A stretch of 64,000 nt of DNA from an uncultured Candidatus Saccharibacteria bacterium. Lineage in GTDB: Bacteria; Patescibacteriota; Minisyncoccia; UBA6257; UBA9933. Below, one piece after another: positions 1-9,096 of this stretch (the stretch's first letter is position 1; each line of letters opens with the position of its first letter). Both the position numbers and the translations under genes were made by a program. The notes below the pieces were generated by a model, which was not told where the DNA came from, searched no databases, and saw only the letters and a program-made list of their open reading frames with translations. The DNA is taken from assembly GCA_964642155.1 (NCBI GenBank), contig CAZXNT010000002.1:1801-65800 (forward strand), read 5' to 3'.

Positions 1-827
1 AATATGTTACTGGCGATTTTTCATTAAACGACCGTTTTTTCCATAATCTGACCAAAGAAGAGCAGGATAAAATTTTGGATTATGAATTGATGATCTATTT
101 CTGTGAAGGCACGGACAAGGAGCGACTAGATTGGTTTAGGATTATCAATATAGCAGGTGAAAAACTAACCGACCAAGAAATTCGCAACGCGGTTTATACT
201 GGCCCATGGCTTTCAGACGCAAAATTAAAATTCAGTAAATCAAATTGCGTGGCGTACTTATTGGCAAATGATGGCGGATCGCTTGTCAGTGGCTCACCAA
301 TTCGGCAAGAATATTTAGAAACCGTGCTTTCATGGATCAATGACGGCAAAATTGAAGATTATATGGCTAAGCACCAGCACGACAAAAGTGCAGACGAGCT
401 GTGGAATTATTTCCAAAATGTAGTCGCTTGGGTGCGTAAGACTTTCCCCAATTATCGAAAAGAAATGGCGAGCGTGAGTTGGGGCGAACTATACAACCAA
501 TTCAAAGACAAAAAATTTGATTCAAAGAAACTGGAAAAAGAAATAACCGAGTTAATGCAAGATGAAGATGTAACGAAAAAATCTGGTATTTATCCCTATG
601 TTCTAACGAGACAAGAAAATCACCTTTTTATCCGAATGTTTAATGACAAAATGAAGCGCGAAGCCTACGAAAGACAAAAAGGTAAATGCGTTTGGTGTAA
701 AAAAACTTTTGAATTCGAAGAAATGGAAGCCGATCATATAACCCCTTGGCATGAGGGCGGAAAAACGACTGCAATGAATTGCCAGATGTTATGCAAAGAC
801 GATAATCGAAAAAAATCTGGAAAATAA
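1..827 (+). CDS. DUF262 (GmrS-like) domain plus C-terminal HNH endonuclease, 5' partial
   Basis: Frame is open from the window start. F..IN..G..LT..EIRNA motif of DUF262; C-terminal CxxC..EADHI.PW..GG.T...NCQMLC HNH motif. Confidence 0.8.
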   Translation, partial: YVTGDFSLNDRFFHNLTKEEQDKILDYELMIYFCEGTDKERLDWFRIINIAGEKLTDQEIRNAVYTGPWLSDAKLKFSKSNCVAYLLANDGGSLVSGSPIRQEYLETVLSWINDGKIEDYMAKHQHDKSADELWNYFQNVVAWVRKTFPNYRKEMASVSWGELYNQFKDKKFDSKKLEKEITELMQDEDVTKKSGIYPYVLTRQENHLFIRMFNDKMKREAYERQKGKCVWCKKTFEFEEMEADHITPWHEGGKTTAMNCQMLCKDDNRKKSGK

Positions 828-830
828 AAT

Positions 831-3527
831 ATGGCTGACAAAATTACAAAACCGAATATTGGTTCTGAATGGAGGAAATGGGACTTGCATGTGCATAGTC
901 CTGCTTCTGACGGTTTTTCTGGTACTTGGGATCAGTTTGAAGCTCAATTAAAAAACGCCGGATGTGATGTTATCGGAATAAACGACTATTTTTCAGTAGC
1001 TGGTTATAAGCAAATCAAAGAAAAAATCGACAAGGGCAATTTAGATATTGGCGACAAAAAAATTCTTCCTGTTGTTGAATTTCGAATGACGGAAAGTGTG
1101 CAGAATAAAAATACTACAACAAATAGTGCGATACATTTCAACTTTCATATCATTTTTAATGATTCAATAAAAATTGCCGACATTGAAAATCTTATCAAAG
1201 GCTTAAAATGCAATGGAACAAAAATCAGTAGTGATTATGACGATAAAGCCAAACTGAAAGATAAGAAAATTTCTCTTGTTTCCTTGCTTAGTGAACTGAA
1301 TCAAGACGAAAAATTTAAGGACAAGTTTTTGCTATGGCTTCCATATGATGAATACGGTGGAATTGATGAAATTGACCCAAATTCGGATGAATGGATAAAA
1401 AGCAATTATATAAGAACTGCGGATATTTTAGGTTCTTCAAGACAAAAACAAATTGATTTTTTCCTTTGGAAATCAGATTTGAAAACGGATGGCACAGCGA
1501 AATTTACGCAAGATCAATTTCGTGGTTGGTTCTTACGAAAAAAGGCTTGTATAAAAGGGAGCGATTCCCATTCACAGGATTACCCTATTGGTAAATTAAA
1601 GGACAAAGATTCGAAACCAATTGAAAAATATTGCTGGATTAAAGCTGAACCAACATTTGAGGGATTAAAGCAAATTGTTTATGAGCCAGAAACGAGAATT
1701 TTTATCGGTGAAGAAAAACCAAAAAAGCCGATAAATACTATTGATTCAATTACTCTAAAAATTCCTGATGATGCAAAAGTTGACGAAGACAAATTTTGTT
1801 TTGCTGGAAATAACAGCACCTATAATTTAAGCCCATATTTTAATTGTTTTATTGGTGGACGAGGTTCTGGAAAAAGCACTATTTTGAATTTTTTGGGATT
1901 ACATTCGAATAATCCTGATTCGCCAAAGAAATTTTGGGATAATTTATCACCCTCTTTTGATCCAAACGAAAAAAGCAATTTTAATTTTTCTGGAACAGAA
2001 ATTTTTGAGTTTCTTGCACAAAGTGAAATAGAAACATTTGCAAGAGATAAATCAAAATTTACGCAAGCAATTTATGACAGAGCCAATTCCCACGCAGGCA
2101 ATATTTTAGAGGAATACGAGGAAGCGATTGAGTCATTGAAAGGCAAGCTCGGTCAAATTATTCAAGCTGTTTCGGATTTGAAAAATCTTGAGGATCAAAA
2201 AGTTGGAAAAGAAAAAGAAAAAAGAACGCTTGAAAGTAGCGTTAAGGTGTTATCAAGCAAAGAATATAACGAGGTTATTACTGGTATTACAAACAAGTCA
2301 AAAGAATTGCAAAAGTTAGAAGATTGGAAAGAAAATATTTCTGATCTTAAAAACTCTTTGTCTGAACTAATCCCAGAATCTGAATCGGAAGAACCAAAAG
2401 AAAAAGTTGAAAAAACTGAATACGAAAAAGCCTATGATCTTGCAATTACCAAGATCGCCGAAGCGGTTGAATTATTGAAGGAAGAAAAATTTACAGAAGA
2501 GACTAAAAAGGAATCTGAAATTAAAAAAGCTCTGGTTGATTTAGAAAATAAAGCCAAGGCTCTAATTGAGAAAGCTGGTTATACGCCAGAAAGCGTTGAG
2601 CAGATAAAGTCCGCTCCACAAAAAATAACGAACTTAGAGAGCGAAATAAAGAACTTAACGACGCAAATTGAAGCCAAAGCAAAAGTTATCGCAACACGTG
2701 AAAGTGTTGTTAATGGATTAAATACAAATAAACAAAATTACGAAACCAAAATCACTGAAATATTGAAACCTTTGCAGGATTTATTAAAGAAGCAGTTTGA
2801 AGACAATCAAGGAAAAGACATCAAGCAAATCTCTCTCGAATATTCTTTTAACGAAAAAGGTGCTTGGGTTACTTTGGCAGAGGAATTTTACAATCACTTT
2901 TTCTCAAAATACCACGATACGGAACGAGGCAAAGAAGTATGTGAATTTATAACTGGTAATGAGCAGACTTTTTCCAAAAATTCATTTGACGATGTTAGAA
3001 AAATTATTCAACAATCTCAAAAAAACGATAAAAAATACACCAAGTTTCTTGATGAGGTTTTCAAAGAAGAGAAAAATTTTCAAATCTTTCAAGCAATCAG
3101 AGGTAAACACTTATACGATGTAAAGTTAAACAAGATAATTCAAGTTAAATATGATAATCGAGATGTCGAACAAGCGTCTTTCGGACAAAGATGTACGGCG
3201 GTAGTTGTTATTTTGCTTCTGTTTGGAAATTACCCGTTAATTATTGATGAGCCAGAGGCTCATCTTGATAGCTCGTTGATTGCGAATTATCTTGTGCCTT
3301 TGTTGAAAGAGAAAAAATCAGATCGCCAAATTATTTTTGCTACGCATAACGCCAATTTTGTAATCAATGGCGATGCAGAGAAAATTTTCATTTTGAAAAA
3401 TGAATCTGGACAAACAGAAGTTATTGAAACGACAATTGAGGACACAAAAAATAGAGAAGAACTGCTGAAACTTGAAGGCGGAAAAGAGGCATTTGAAAAA
3501 AGAGGAGAAAAGCTTAATATTAAATAA
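831..3527 (+). CDS. PHP phosphoesterase fused to SMC-like ABC ATPase (TrlF/Ppl-like defence protein)
   Basis: N-terminal WRKWDLHVHSP and GSDSH (PHP); Walker A GGRGSGKST; long coiled coil; SFGQ signature, IIDEPEAHLD Walker B, ATHNAN. Confidence 0.85.
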   Translation: MADKITKPNIGSEWRKWDLHVHSPASDGFSGTWDQFEAQLKNAGCDVIGINDYFSVAGYKQIKEKIDKGNLDIGDKKILPVVEFRMTESVQNKNTTTNSAIHFNFHIIFNDSIKIADIENLIKGLKCNGTKISSDYDDKAKLKDKKISLVSLLSELNQDEKFKDKFLLWLPYDEYGGIDEIDPNSDEWIKSNYIRTADILGSSRQKQIDFFLWKSDLKTDGTAKFTQDQFRGWFLRKKACIKGSDSHSQDYPIGKLKDKDSKPIEKYCWIKAEPTFEGLKQIVYEPETRIFIGEEKPKKPINTIDSITLKIPDDAKVDEDKFCFAGNNSTYNLSPYFNCFIGGRGSGKSTILNFLGLHSNNPDSPKKFWDNLSPSFDPNEKSNFNFSGTEIFEFLAQSEIETFARDKSKFTQAIYDRANSHAGNILEEYEEAIESLKGKLGQIIQAVSDLKNLEDQKVGKEKEKRTLESSVKVLSSKEYNEVITGITNKSKELQKLEDWKENISDLKNSLSELIPESESEEPKEKVEKTEYEKAYDLAITKIAEAVELLKEEKFTEETKKESEIKKALVDLENKAKALIEKAGYTPESVEQIKSAPQKITNLESEIKNLTTQIEAKAKVIATRESVVNGLNTNKQNYETKITEILKPLQDLLKKQFEDNQGKDIKQISLEYSFNEKGAWVTLAEEFYNHFFSKYHDTERGKEVCEFITGNEQTFSKNSFDDVRKIIQQSQKNDKKYTKFLDEVFKEEKNFQIFQAIRGKHLYDVKLNKIIQVKYDNRDVEQASFGQRCTAVVVILLLFGNYPLIIDEPEAHLDSSLIANYLVPLLKEKKSDRQIIFATHNANFVINGDAEKIFILKNESGQTEVIETTIEDTKNREELLKLEGGKEAFEKRGEKLNIK

Positions 3528-3985
3528 TCCCGCCGTCCGTCCGCCGAAAAGTTTTGGGGGCGAAGCCCAAGCAGGCGGGCAAAAAGGAAGGGGGTTGGGG
3601 GGAAGGAATTTTTGCCCGCCTGCTTCCGTTCCCGTTCCGTTTGAGAAAAGGAAAAGCGGAAGGGGGGTTTGGGGGGAATTCCGCTTTTCCTTTGCGAAAT
3701 CAAATTGAGGCCAGTCCCGCCACCTGCCTGAATACTTGGAAGGCAGAACACTGCAGAAAAATACTCTTTTCATTAAAAGAAGAAAAAATCGGGCGCGCGC
3801 AAAATGAAAAGAGCAAAGAGTATTTTTCTGTGGTGTGGCGAGCTTGTCGAGCAGTGGCGGGGCTGGCTTCCTTAGTGGGGGTTTTGCTCAAAGAAAGTTC
3901 GAACATCATTCAAAAAACACCGCCTTCGCCCGCCATAGCGGGCTTCGGCGGACGCAGTCCGCCGGAGGAACGCGACGGCGGGAAG
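3528..3985. repeat. GC-rich multi-hairpin intergenic segment (REP-like)
   Basis: Sharp GC rise with stems such as GCAGGCGGGCAAAA..TTTTGCCCGCCTGC and GGAAAAGCGGAA..TTCCGCTTTTCC. The core GCGGAAGGGGG..GGGGGAATTCCGC recurs at about 5790-5820. Confidence 0.65.
3894..3924. repeat. att-like repeat, copy 1
   Basis: AAAGTTCGAACATCATTCAAAAAACACCGCC; near-identical to 5870-5900 and related to 8450-8478. Confidence 0.75.
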
Positions 3986-4015
3986 TGGAACGCAAATGAA
4001 AAGAAAGATAATTTT

Positions 4016-4125
4016 ATGTATATAGTTTACATTTTGAAAATGGCGTTAATAAAAATCCGACCATTGAAACCCTGACCAAGATCGTTAAGGCGTTAGATGT
4101 TGGCGCTTATGATTTAATAAAATAA
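4016..4125 (+). pseudogene. Fused remnants: GIY-YIG-type N-terminus (MYIVYIL) joined out of frame to an XRE-HTH C-terminus
   Basis: ATG 4016 gives MYIVYILK; 4036-4125 in another frame reads ENGVNKNPTIETLTKIVKALDVGAYDLIK*. Confidence 0.55.
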
Positions 4126-4132
4126 TAATTTT

Positions 4133-4822
4133 ATGATACTTAAAGATAAAATAATTGTAATAACTGGAGCAAGCCAAGGATTTGGTAAGGCACTTGCTAA
4201 AGCACTTAAACAAGAAAATGCTCAAGTTGTCATTTCAAGCCACAATAAGGAAAATTTAGAAGTAACGGCAAAAGAATTATCAGTTGATTGTTTTCTTGCT
4301 GATGTAACTTCTTTTGATAACGTCAAAAAACTTGGCGAATATGTGGTTGAAAAATACGGCAAAATAGATTTTTGGATTAATAATGCTGGTATACAAATTG
4401 CGCCAAGTTTTGTTGAGGAGATTAATATAGAAAAATTGCATTCTCTTTTTGATGTGAACTTTTTCGGATATTTTTATGGTTGTCAGATTGCACTTACACA
4501 AATGAAAAAACAAAATAGTGGAGTAATTATAAATATCAACTCTACCGCTGGGCTGGATGGAAAACCTAGAATATCTGCCTATTCTTCATCAAAATTTGCA
4601 ATCAAAGGATTGACTGAGTCAATCCGCCATGAAATAAAGGATTTAAATATAAAAATGCTTGGCGTATTCCCCGGCGGAATGCAGACTGATATTTACAAAG
4701 AAAAATATCCCGATGACTTAAAAGATTATATGGAAGCTGAAACGGTTGTTGAAAAAGTAATGACCAATTTAAAATCAGAAAATCCTGAAGTTGATTTTGT
4801 AATTAAGCGACCAAGCAAGTAG
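4133..4822 (+). CDS. Short-chain dehydrogenase/reductase
   Basis: TGASQGFG, NNAG and YSSSK motifs. Confidence 0.9.
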   Translation: MILKDKIIVITGASQGFGKALAKALKQENAQVVISSHNKENLEVTAKELSVDCFLADVTSFDNVKKLGEYVVEKYGKIDFWINNAGIQIAPSFVEEINIEKLHSLFDVNFFGYFYGCQIALTQMKKQNSGVIININSTAGLDGKPRISAYSSSKFAIKGLTESIRHEIKDLNIKMLGVFPGGMQTDIYKEKYPDDLKDYMEAETVVEKVMTNLKSENPEVDFVIKRPSK

Positions 4823-4830
4823 TTAAACAC

Positions 4831-5616
4831 ATGAGCAAATTTGATTTAATTAAGAAAGAAATTGAAATTATCCAACAATTTGAAGATGTCTTTATCGAAG
4901 CTGGGAAACTAGCAGTAAAGCTGAGAAATGATGCTGTTATTGAGCAAAAATATAATTCTGGAATAAAGGACATTGATATTGTAACGAGTTCAGATTTGAC
5001 TGTTCAAGAATTTGTGTTGCAAAAATTAGCAAAGTCAGAACTAAAAAGCTGTGAAATTGTTGCAGAAGAAGATACTCCCGGTAAAAACTTGTTTGCAAAA
5101 TTCTCTGATTATGTAATTACTATTGACCCAATTGATGGTACAGCACTATACGTCAGTGGTAAAAAAATGTATTCCATAATCGTTACTGTCCATAATAAAA
5201 AAAGGCCGATTTATACTTTTTGTTATTTTCCCGAGGCTAAATGGGGAGTAAAAATTGTTGATGATCAATGTCAATTCTTTGGCAATAAGCCAAAAATAAT
5301 ACATAATACAGTTTTGCCAAAAACGATTGTTTATTCATTTTATGGTTCAAAGGGTAATCCTGCAAATTGTATTTCCGAACAGTCCGTAAGGTTATTGAAA
5401 GAGGGTTATGTTTTTCGAAATAAAAAAGAAATTACCAGTAAAGCAGGATCAACCGCTCTTTTTCTGTTGGGGATTGTTGATGGATATTTTGTAGAAGACG
5501 GATCAGCCGTTGATTGTCTCGTAGGGCTTCACTATGCGTTTGCGAAGGGTTTTGAAGTCTACCAAAACATTGATTTAACAAAAAACGGTTCCGAGTGCAC
5601 TTTCTGGCGGAAGTGA
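4831..5616 (+). CDS. Inositol monophosphatase family protein (possible 3' frameshift)
   Basis: DIVT..D, AEE and IDPIDGT motifs. Confidence 0.8.
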   Translation: MSKFDLIKKEIEIIQQFEDVFIEAGKLAVKLRNDAVIEQKYNSGIKDIDIVTSSDLTVQEFVLQKLAKSELKSCEIVAEEDTPGKNLFAKFSDYVITIDPIDGTALYVSGKKMYSIIVTVHNKKRPIYTFCYFPEAKWGVKIVDDQCQFFGNKPKIIHNTVLPKTIVYSFYGSKGNPANCISEQSVRLLKEGYVFRNKKEITSKAGSTALFLLGIVDGYFVEDGSAVDCLVGLHYAFAKGFEVYQNIDLTKNGSECTFWRK

Positions 5617-5721
5617 TGAATATAGAGGTAATTATTTGGTTATTAGAAACAAGTAAACAATTGATGGTGGAAGATTGAAAATATTAGTAGAAAAATTAAA
5701 AAAGGTCGCCAAAGAAAAACT

Positions 5722-5904
5722 TGAAATCGTCCTTTCCGAAAGGGTCGCTTCTCCCACTTCGCCAAGGCTACGAGGGACACGGTGCGGGCGGGCGGAAGGG
5801 GGTTTTTGGGGGGAATTCCGCCCGCCCGAGCGGAATTTTCAAAATTCAGCGTTCGTATTTTCGTTAAAAAAAGTTCGAACATCAATCAAAAAACACCGCC
5901 AATT
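5722..5904. repeat. GC-rich hairpin segment plus att-like repeat, copy 2
   Basis: GGGCGGGCGGAA..TTCCGCCCGCCC stem; AAAGTTCGAACATCAATCAAAAAACACCGCCAATT at 5870-5904. Confidence 0.7.
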
Positions 5905-5918
5905 AGGAAATGAAGCAG

Positions 5919-5948
5919 TTGACATTCCAACAAAAGAATTAGTAAAAT
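5919..5948 (+). promoter_or_regulatory. Sigma70-like promoter for the DUF5667 gene
   Basis: TTGACA 5919-5924 and TAAAAT 5943-5948; a downstream GTAGTAATT/AATTACTAC hairpin lies in the leader. Confidence 0.5.
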
Positions 5949-6036
5949 AAATGGAAGATACTAAAATCATGGGTAGTAATTTGGTCGAATTACTACAATG
6001 ATATAATGAACAGTAAATAAATTAACTAAAAACATT

Positions 6037-7116
6037 ATGAAAAAAACATTTATATCAAGTACGTTTGCATTAGTAGCTCTGTTTGCATTTGCGAGTAGTA
6101 CCGCTTTTGCGCAAAGCCCGCAAGCCGCGCTTCCTTCGGCCGGTTTAACTCCCGAAAGCCCTTTCTATTTCCTTGATCGTTTTGGCGAAGCGCTCCAGCA
6201 ATTTTTTACTTTCAATCCAGAAGGCAAAGCCCATCTTCAAATTATTTTTGCCGCGGAACGGATCGCCGAGATAAAAGTCATTTTGGAAACAAAAGGCGTA
6301 GAAGCCAGGGGTCTTGAAGTAGCGCAAAGCCGACTTCAGGCGCACCTTGCTAATGCCGCAACAATAGTTGTAGAACAAAAAGCAGAAGGCAAGGATGTGA
6401 GCCAGCTTGCAAAAGAACTGGACGACGAATTTAATACTCCGAAAACAGTCCTTGAGCAAACATTCAAAGCAGAGAAGCGCGCCCTTGAAGCTCAAGAAAA
6501 AGAATTGAAGGGCAAAATCCTTGAGGCAAGACGAACGGGCGATACCGCTCAAATTGAAAGCTTGGTTCAACAGTTGGGACAGATAAAAGCTCAAAAAGAA
6601 CTCCTTGAATTAAAAGAAGAGGAAGCGGAAGAAGCATTAGAACAAGAAGAAGAACGTATTGAAGAAGAAATGGAAGTAAAAGAAGAAGCAGAGAAAGCGA
6701 TTCGGGAAGCTGAAAAAGAGAAACAGGAAGTATTAGACGAAGCCGCCGAAAAAGATATTGCAGTGCCAGCCGAAGCATTCGGCAAATTTGACAGTCTACT
6801 TGCCCAAGCAAGGTCTGCCCTTGCCACCAGCAACTACCCAGAAGCAAAACTGTTAGCAAAACAAGCCGAGAAAAATCTCAATGCCGTAGATGACGCTATT
6901 GAAAATTTAGAAGAAGCGAAAGAGAGGACGGAGGAACTTAAGAAAGAGCAGGGAGAAAAAGAGCAAGAGGCAAAAGAGGAGCAAGGGGAAAAAGTGAAAG
7001 AAGAAGCTGAAAAAGATGCCGAGCGTTTAGAAAAAGAACGAGAAAAAGCCGAAGAGGATGCTCGTAGAGCAGAGGAACGACTGCGAGAAGCGGGCAATGA
7101 GGAAAAGAATAATTAA
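6037..7116 (+). CDS. Secreted DUF5667-like protein with a long Glu/Lys-rich coiled coil
   Basis: Signal peptide (..STAFA); GLTPESPFYFLDRFGE and AERIAE motifs. Confidence 0.75.
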   Translation: MKKTFISSTFALVALFAFASSTAFAQSPQAALPSAGLTPESPFYFLDRFGEALQQFFTFNPEGKAHLQIIFAAERIAEIKVILETKGVEARGLEVAQSRLQAHLANAATIVVEQKAEGKDVSQLAKELDDEFNTPKTVLEQTFKAEKRALEAQEKELKGKILEARRTGDTAQIESLVQQLGQIKAQKELLELKEEEAEEALEQEEERIEEEMEVKEEAEKAIREAEKEKQEVLDEAAEKDIAVPAEAFGKFDSLLAQARSALATSNYPEAKLLAKQAEKNLNAVDDAIENLEEAKERTEELKKEQGEKEQEAKEEQGEKVKEEAEKDAERLEKEREKAEEDARRAEERLREAGNEEKNN

Positions 7117-7159
7117 ACTTACTCTTTTTATCTAAAATAATTTGCCGCCAAAGAAAAAT

Positions 7160-7215
7160 CAGAGCACATAAAATTTATGTGCTCGACCGAGCACTAAACT
7201 TGATTTAGTGCTCTG
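7160..7215. repeat. Twin GAGCAC hairpins
   Basis: GAGCACATAAA-A-TTTATGTGCTC followed by GAGCACTAAA-CTTGA-TTTAGTGCTC. Confidence 0.7.
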
Positions 7216-7239
7216 GCTTAAAATCGTTCAATTCGACGC

Positions 7240-7268
7240 ACACCGCCAATTTTCAGAATTCGGATTTT
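7240..7268. repeat. att-like repeat, copy 3 (right half only)
   Basis: ACACCGCCAATTTTCAGAATTCGGATTTT; 28 of 29 bases identical to 8471-8499. Confidence 0.75.
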
Positions 7269-7340
7269 GGGCGAATGTTGCCTTGCCCCGCCTTCGGCGG
7301 GCAAGCGCAATTCTACTCTTGCGACATTTGAAATAAATTT

Positions 7341-8426
7341 ATGAATATCGAGAAAATCAAAATGAGATTGCGCGAAAAAAGTTACGATATTCAAATAGGG
7401 AGCGGCTTTTTAAAGCGCTTTGATTTTCGAAGTTTCAAAGGAAGTAAATATATAATACTCGCGGATTCTAACACTCATAAATTTTTTGGGAAGAATCTCG
7501 TCAAAAATCTCTCCAGTCAAAAATTGCCAGTTGAGTTGCTTGAAATTCCTGCCGGAGAAAGTTCAAAAAATCTAGGAGTTGTTGAAAATCTTATAAGGAA
7601 TCTCGCGAGACTAGGTGCTGATAAAAAAGCGATAATAATCGCACTGGGAGGCGGAGTGGTTGGAGATATTGCCGGATTTGTAGCATCAGTTTATGAACGA
7701 GGGATTCGTTATATTCAAATTCCTACAACACTTTTGGCGCAGGTTGATAGTAGTATTGGAGGTAAAACTGGAGTCAATATTCCAGAGGGTAAAAATTTGA
7801 TCGGCAGAATTTATCAACCGTTAGTTGTTATTGTTGATGTAGAAACTCTCGTTGATCTTCCTGATTCACAAATCAGAAATGGTCTTGCTGAAGTAATAAA
7901 ATATGCGGTAATAAACGATGAGAAGTTTTTTCGATATCTTAAAAAGCATATCCATGACAGGAGCACCAATTTTTATCTAGAGATAATTCGGAAAGCAGCG
8001 ACAATAAAAACTTTCGTTGTGGAAAAAGATGAAAATGAAGAGGAATTTAGAAAAATACTCAACTATGGACATACAATCGGACATGCAATTGAAATTTTGA
8101 GTAATCATAAAATCCCTCACGGCGAAGCAATCGCGTATGGAATGATGTATGAGGGAAGGATTGCTTGTCGGCTTGGCTTGTGGGATAAATCGGCGCTTGA
8201 ACGCCAAAACAATCTAATTAAGAAATTAGGTTTTTCCACAAAATTAAATTTCGTCACGGAAAAACTTATAGAAATAATGAGTCGCGACAAAAAATCAATT
8301 GGTGGTCGGCTTCATTTTGTTTTACCGGAGAAGATTGGTAAAATCCACAAGGAAGGAAAGAGGGTTTCGATACCAGTGGATGCTAAAATCGTATTGGATT
8401 GTTTCGCCCCGCCGGATCCGCTTTAA
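7341..8426 (+). CDS. aroB: 3-dehydroquinate synthase family
   Basis: GE.SK, GGGVVGD, PTTLLAQVDSSIGGKTG, LNYGHTIGHAIE and HGEAI motifs. Confidence 0.85.
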   Translation: MNIEKIKMRLREKSYDIQIGSGFLKRFDFRSFKGSKYIILADSNTHKFFGKNLVKNLSSQKLPVELLEIPAGESSKNLGVVENLIRNLARLGADKKAIIIALGGGVVGDIAGFVASVYERGIRYIQIPTTLLAQVDSSIGGKTGVNIPEGKNLIGRIYQPLVVIVDVETLVDLPDSQIRNGLAEVIKYAVINDEKFFRYLKKHIHDRSTNFYLEIIRKAATIKTFVVEKDENEEEFRKILNYGHTIGHAIEILSNHKIPHGEAIAYGMMYEGRIACRLGLWDKSALERQNNLIKKLGFSTKLNFVTEKLIEIMSRDKKSIGGRLHFVLPEKIGKIHKEGKRVSIPVDAKIVLDCFAPPDPL

Positions 8427-8434
8427 TCATTTGG

Positions 8435-8499
8435 ATTTTGCTCGAAATAGTTTAGAACTTCGTTCAAAAAACACCGCCAATTTTCAGAATTCTGATTTT
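8435..8499. repeat. att-like repeat, copy 4
   Basis: Shares its left half with copies 1 and 2 and its right half with copy 3. Confidence 0.75.
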
Positions 8500-8502
8500 A
8501 AT

Positions 8503-9087
8503 ATGAGAAGTGAAAAATTTGTTAATTTTTCAATAATTGTTTTTATCGTTATAGGCATTGTTTTGTTGTTGGGTAAAGATGGTTGGTTTCCGGAATTTTA
8601 TAACCCGGTTTACATGGGAATTTTTTCTTTTATTTCGGCGTTTCTGTTATATTTTTCCAAAAAAAATTTTTATAAATTGAGCCAAGTTGATTTTGAAAAA
8701 TTGCAATTAATTGTTGTCTTTACGCTGGTTCTTAATGGTTTCGGCAGTCTTGGATTGTATAAATTATATATCGTCGGATTTGAATACGATAAATTGTTGC
8801 ATTTTATAGTTCCTCTTATTTTTACCGTGAATTTTGCCGGTATTTTCAGCAAGCAACGCGGATTGACTTTTAACAAATCTCTAATTGCGGTTTCCATCGC
8901 CATTTTTTTATTTGGTTTATTTTGGGAGATTTTTGAAATTTCATCGGATATATTATTTAGTACGGAAACATTTGGAATTTACGGCAAAGAAACGTTCAGA
9001 GACACTATTCAAGATATTTCAGCAAACGCTTTTGGGATATTCACGGGAATTTTTTATTTGAAATTTAAAAATAAAAAAGCCCGTTGA
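8503..9087 (+). CDS. Multi-pass membrane protein (DUF2238/VanZ-like)
   Basis: Hydrophobic helices; YDKLLHF, WEIFE and DTIQD motifs. ATG 8503 preferred over the track start. Confidence 0.6.
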   Translation: MRSEKFVNFSIIVFIVIGIVLLLGKDGWFPEFYNPVYMGIFSFISAFLLYFSKKNFYKLSQVDFEKLQLIVVFTLVLNGFGSLGLYKLYIVGFEYDKLLHFIVPLIFTVNFAGIFSKQRGLTFNKSLIAVSIAIFLFGLFWEIFEISSDILFSTETFGIYGKETFRDTIQDISANAFGIFTGIFYLKFKNKKAR

Positions 9088-9096
9088 ACGGGCTTT
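9073..9096. terminator. Hairpin terminator between convergent genes
   Basis: AAAAAAGCCCGTT-G-AACGGGCTTT; two further GC stems at about 9114-9158. Confidence 0.55.

Noticed and set aside
3287-4075. Several overlapping 70-170 aa ORFs on both strands
   Set aside because: They run through GC-rich hairpin repeats that lack stops by composition; no protein motifs apart from the remnants noted.
5643-5950. ORFs 5675-5950 (+) and 5643-5885 (-)
   Set aside because: They overlap the GC-rich repeat and att-like site; likely spurious.
7222-7250. TCGTTCAATTCGA..CACCGCCA as a tRNA 3' fragment
   Set aside because: It resembles a T-loop and CCA end, but the spacing to an acceptor strand is non-canonical and no 5' half is present.
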